A stretch of DNA of 63,688 nucleotides, the filler included, from Octopus bimaculoides (Eukaryota): assembly GCF_001194135.2 (NCBI RefSeq). It is 6 parts of 6 records of this genome, joined end to end, with 100 filler letters (N's around TTAATTAATTAA, not from the genome) between each part and the next. Parts side by side here need not be neighbours in the genome. Positions count along the whole stretch, not along the records: positions 59,798 to 63,688 come from NC_068990.1; 5 more parts are not named here. The stretch is one strand, 5' to 3'. The translations under genes and the position numbers were made by a program. Positions 63,591 to 63,688 of the stretch are shown piece by piece (position 1 is the first letter of the stretch; every line of letters begins with the position of its first letter). The notes under the pieces are model-generated. The model saw only the letters and a list, made by a program, of their open reading frames with translations. It did no database searches and was not told where the DNA came from.

Positions 63591-63688
63591 CATCCCACCA
63601 CACCCCAACACACTCCTATTCTACCTTCCCACTCCTACTCTACCTTCCCACTCCACCCCATCCAATTCCTTACACCCACCCTACCTCT
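63591..63688 (+). repeat. Second copy of the C-rich segment of the 32721 element (runs off the window)
   Basis: CATCCCACCACACCCCAACACACTCCT...CCATCCAATTCCTTACACCCACC is near-identical to 32774-32850. Confidence 0.8.

Overview
AT-rich animal genomic DNA packed with microsatellites and transposons. The SINE and RTE repeat families look like those of Octopus (recognition-based inference). The window has many N gaps, and five 100-bp joins carry an artificial TTAATTAATTAA spacer. Two protein-coding genes are visible, both on the minus strand. (1) Nine consecutive, phase-compatible exons (35769 down to 18900; 1366 nt, about 455 codons) of an SLC4 Na+-coupled bicarbonate-transporter-like gene, covering the cytoplasmic domain through about TM3; its first and last exons are not visible. 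(2) One isolated 111-nt exon (50901-51011) of an anion-clade Cys-loop receptor (GlyR/GluCl/HisCl-like) whose loop D lacks the usual Phe/Arg pair. The rest is decayed mobile DNA: RTE, CR1-like and R4/Dong LINEs, Penelope-like elements, Helitron, mariner, hAT, an LTR gag relic, MITEs and several SINE families. The main unexplained structures are a set of hammerhead-ribozyme motifs in Penelope-type terminal repeats (one inverted) and in a non-coding element, a fold-back MITE family with a collapsed 149-bp hairpin member, and blocks that alternate between CpG-decayed and CpG-intact repeat copies. All alignments and folds were done by eye. Exon coordinates are exact; repeat boundaries are approximate.
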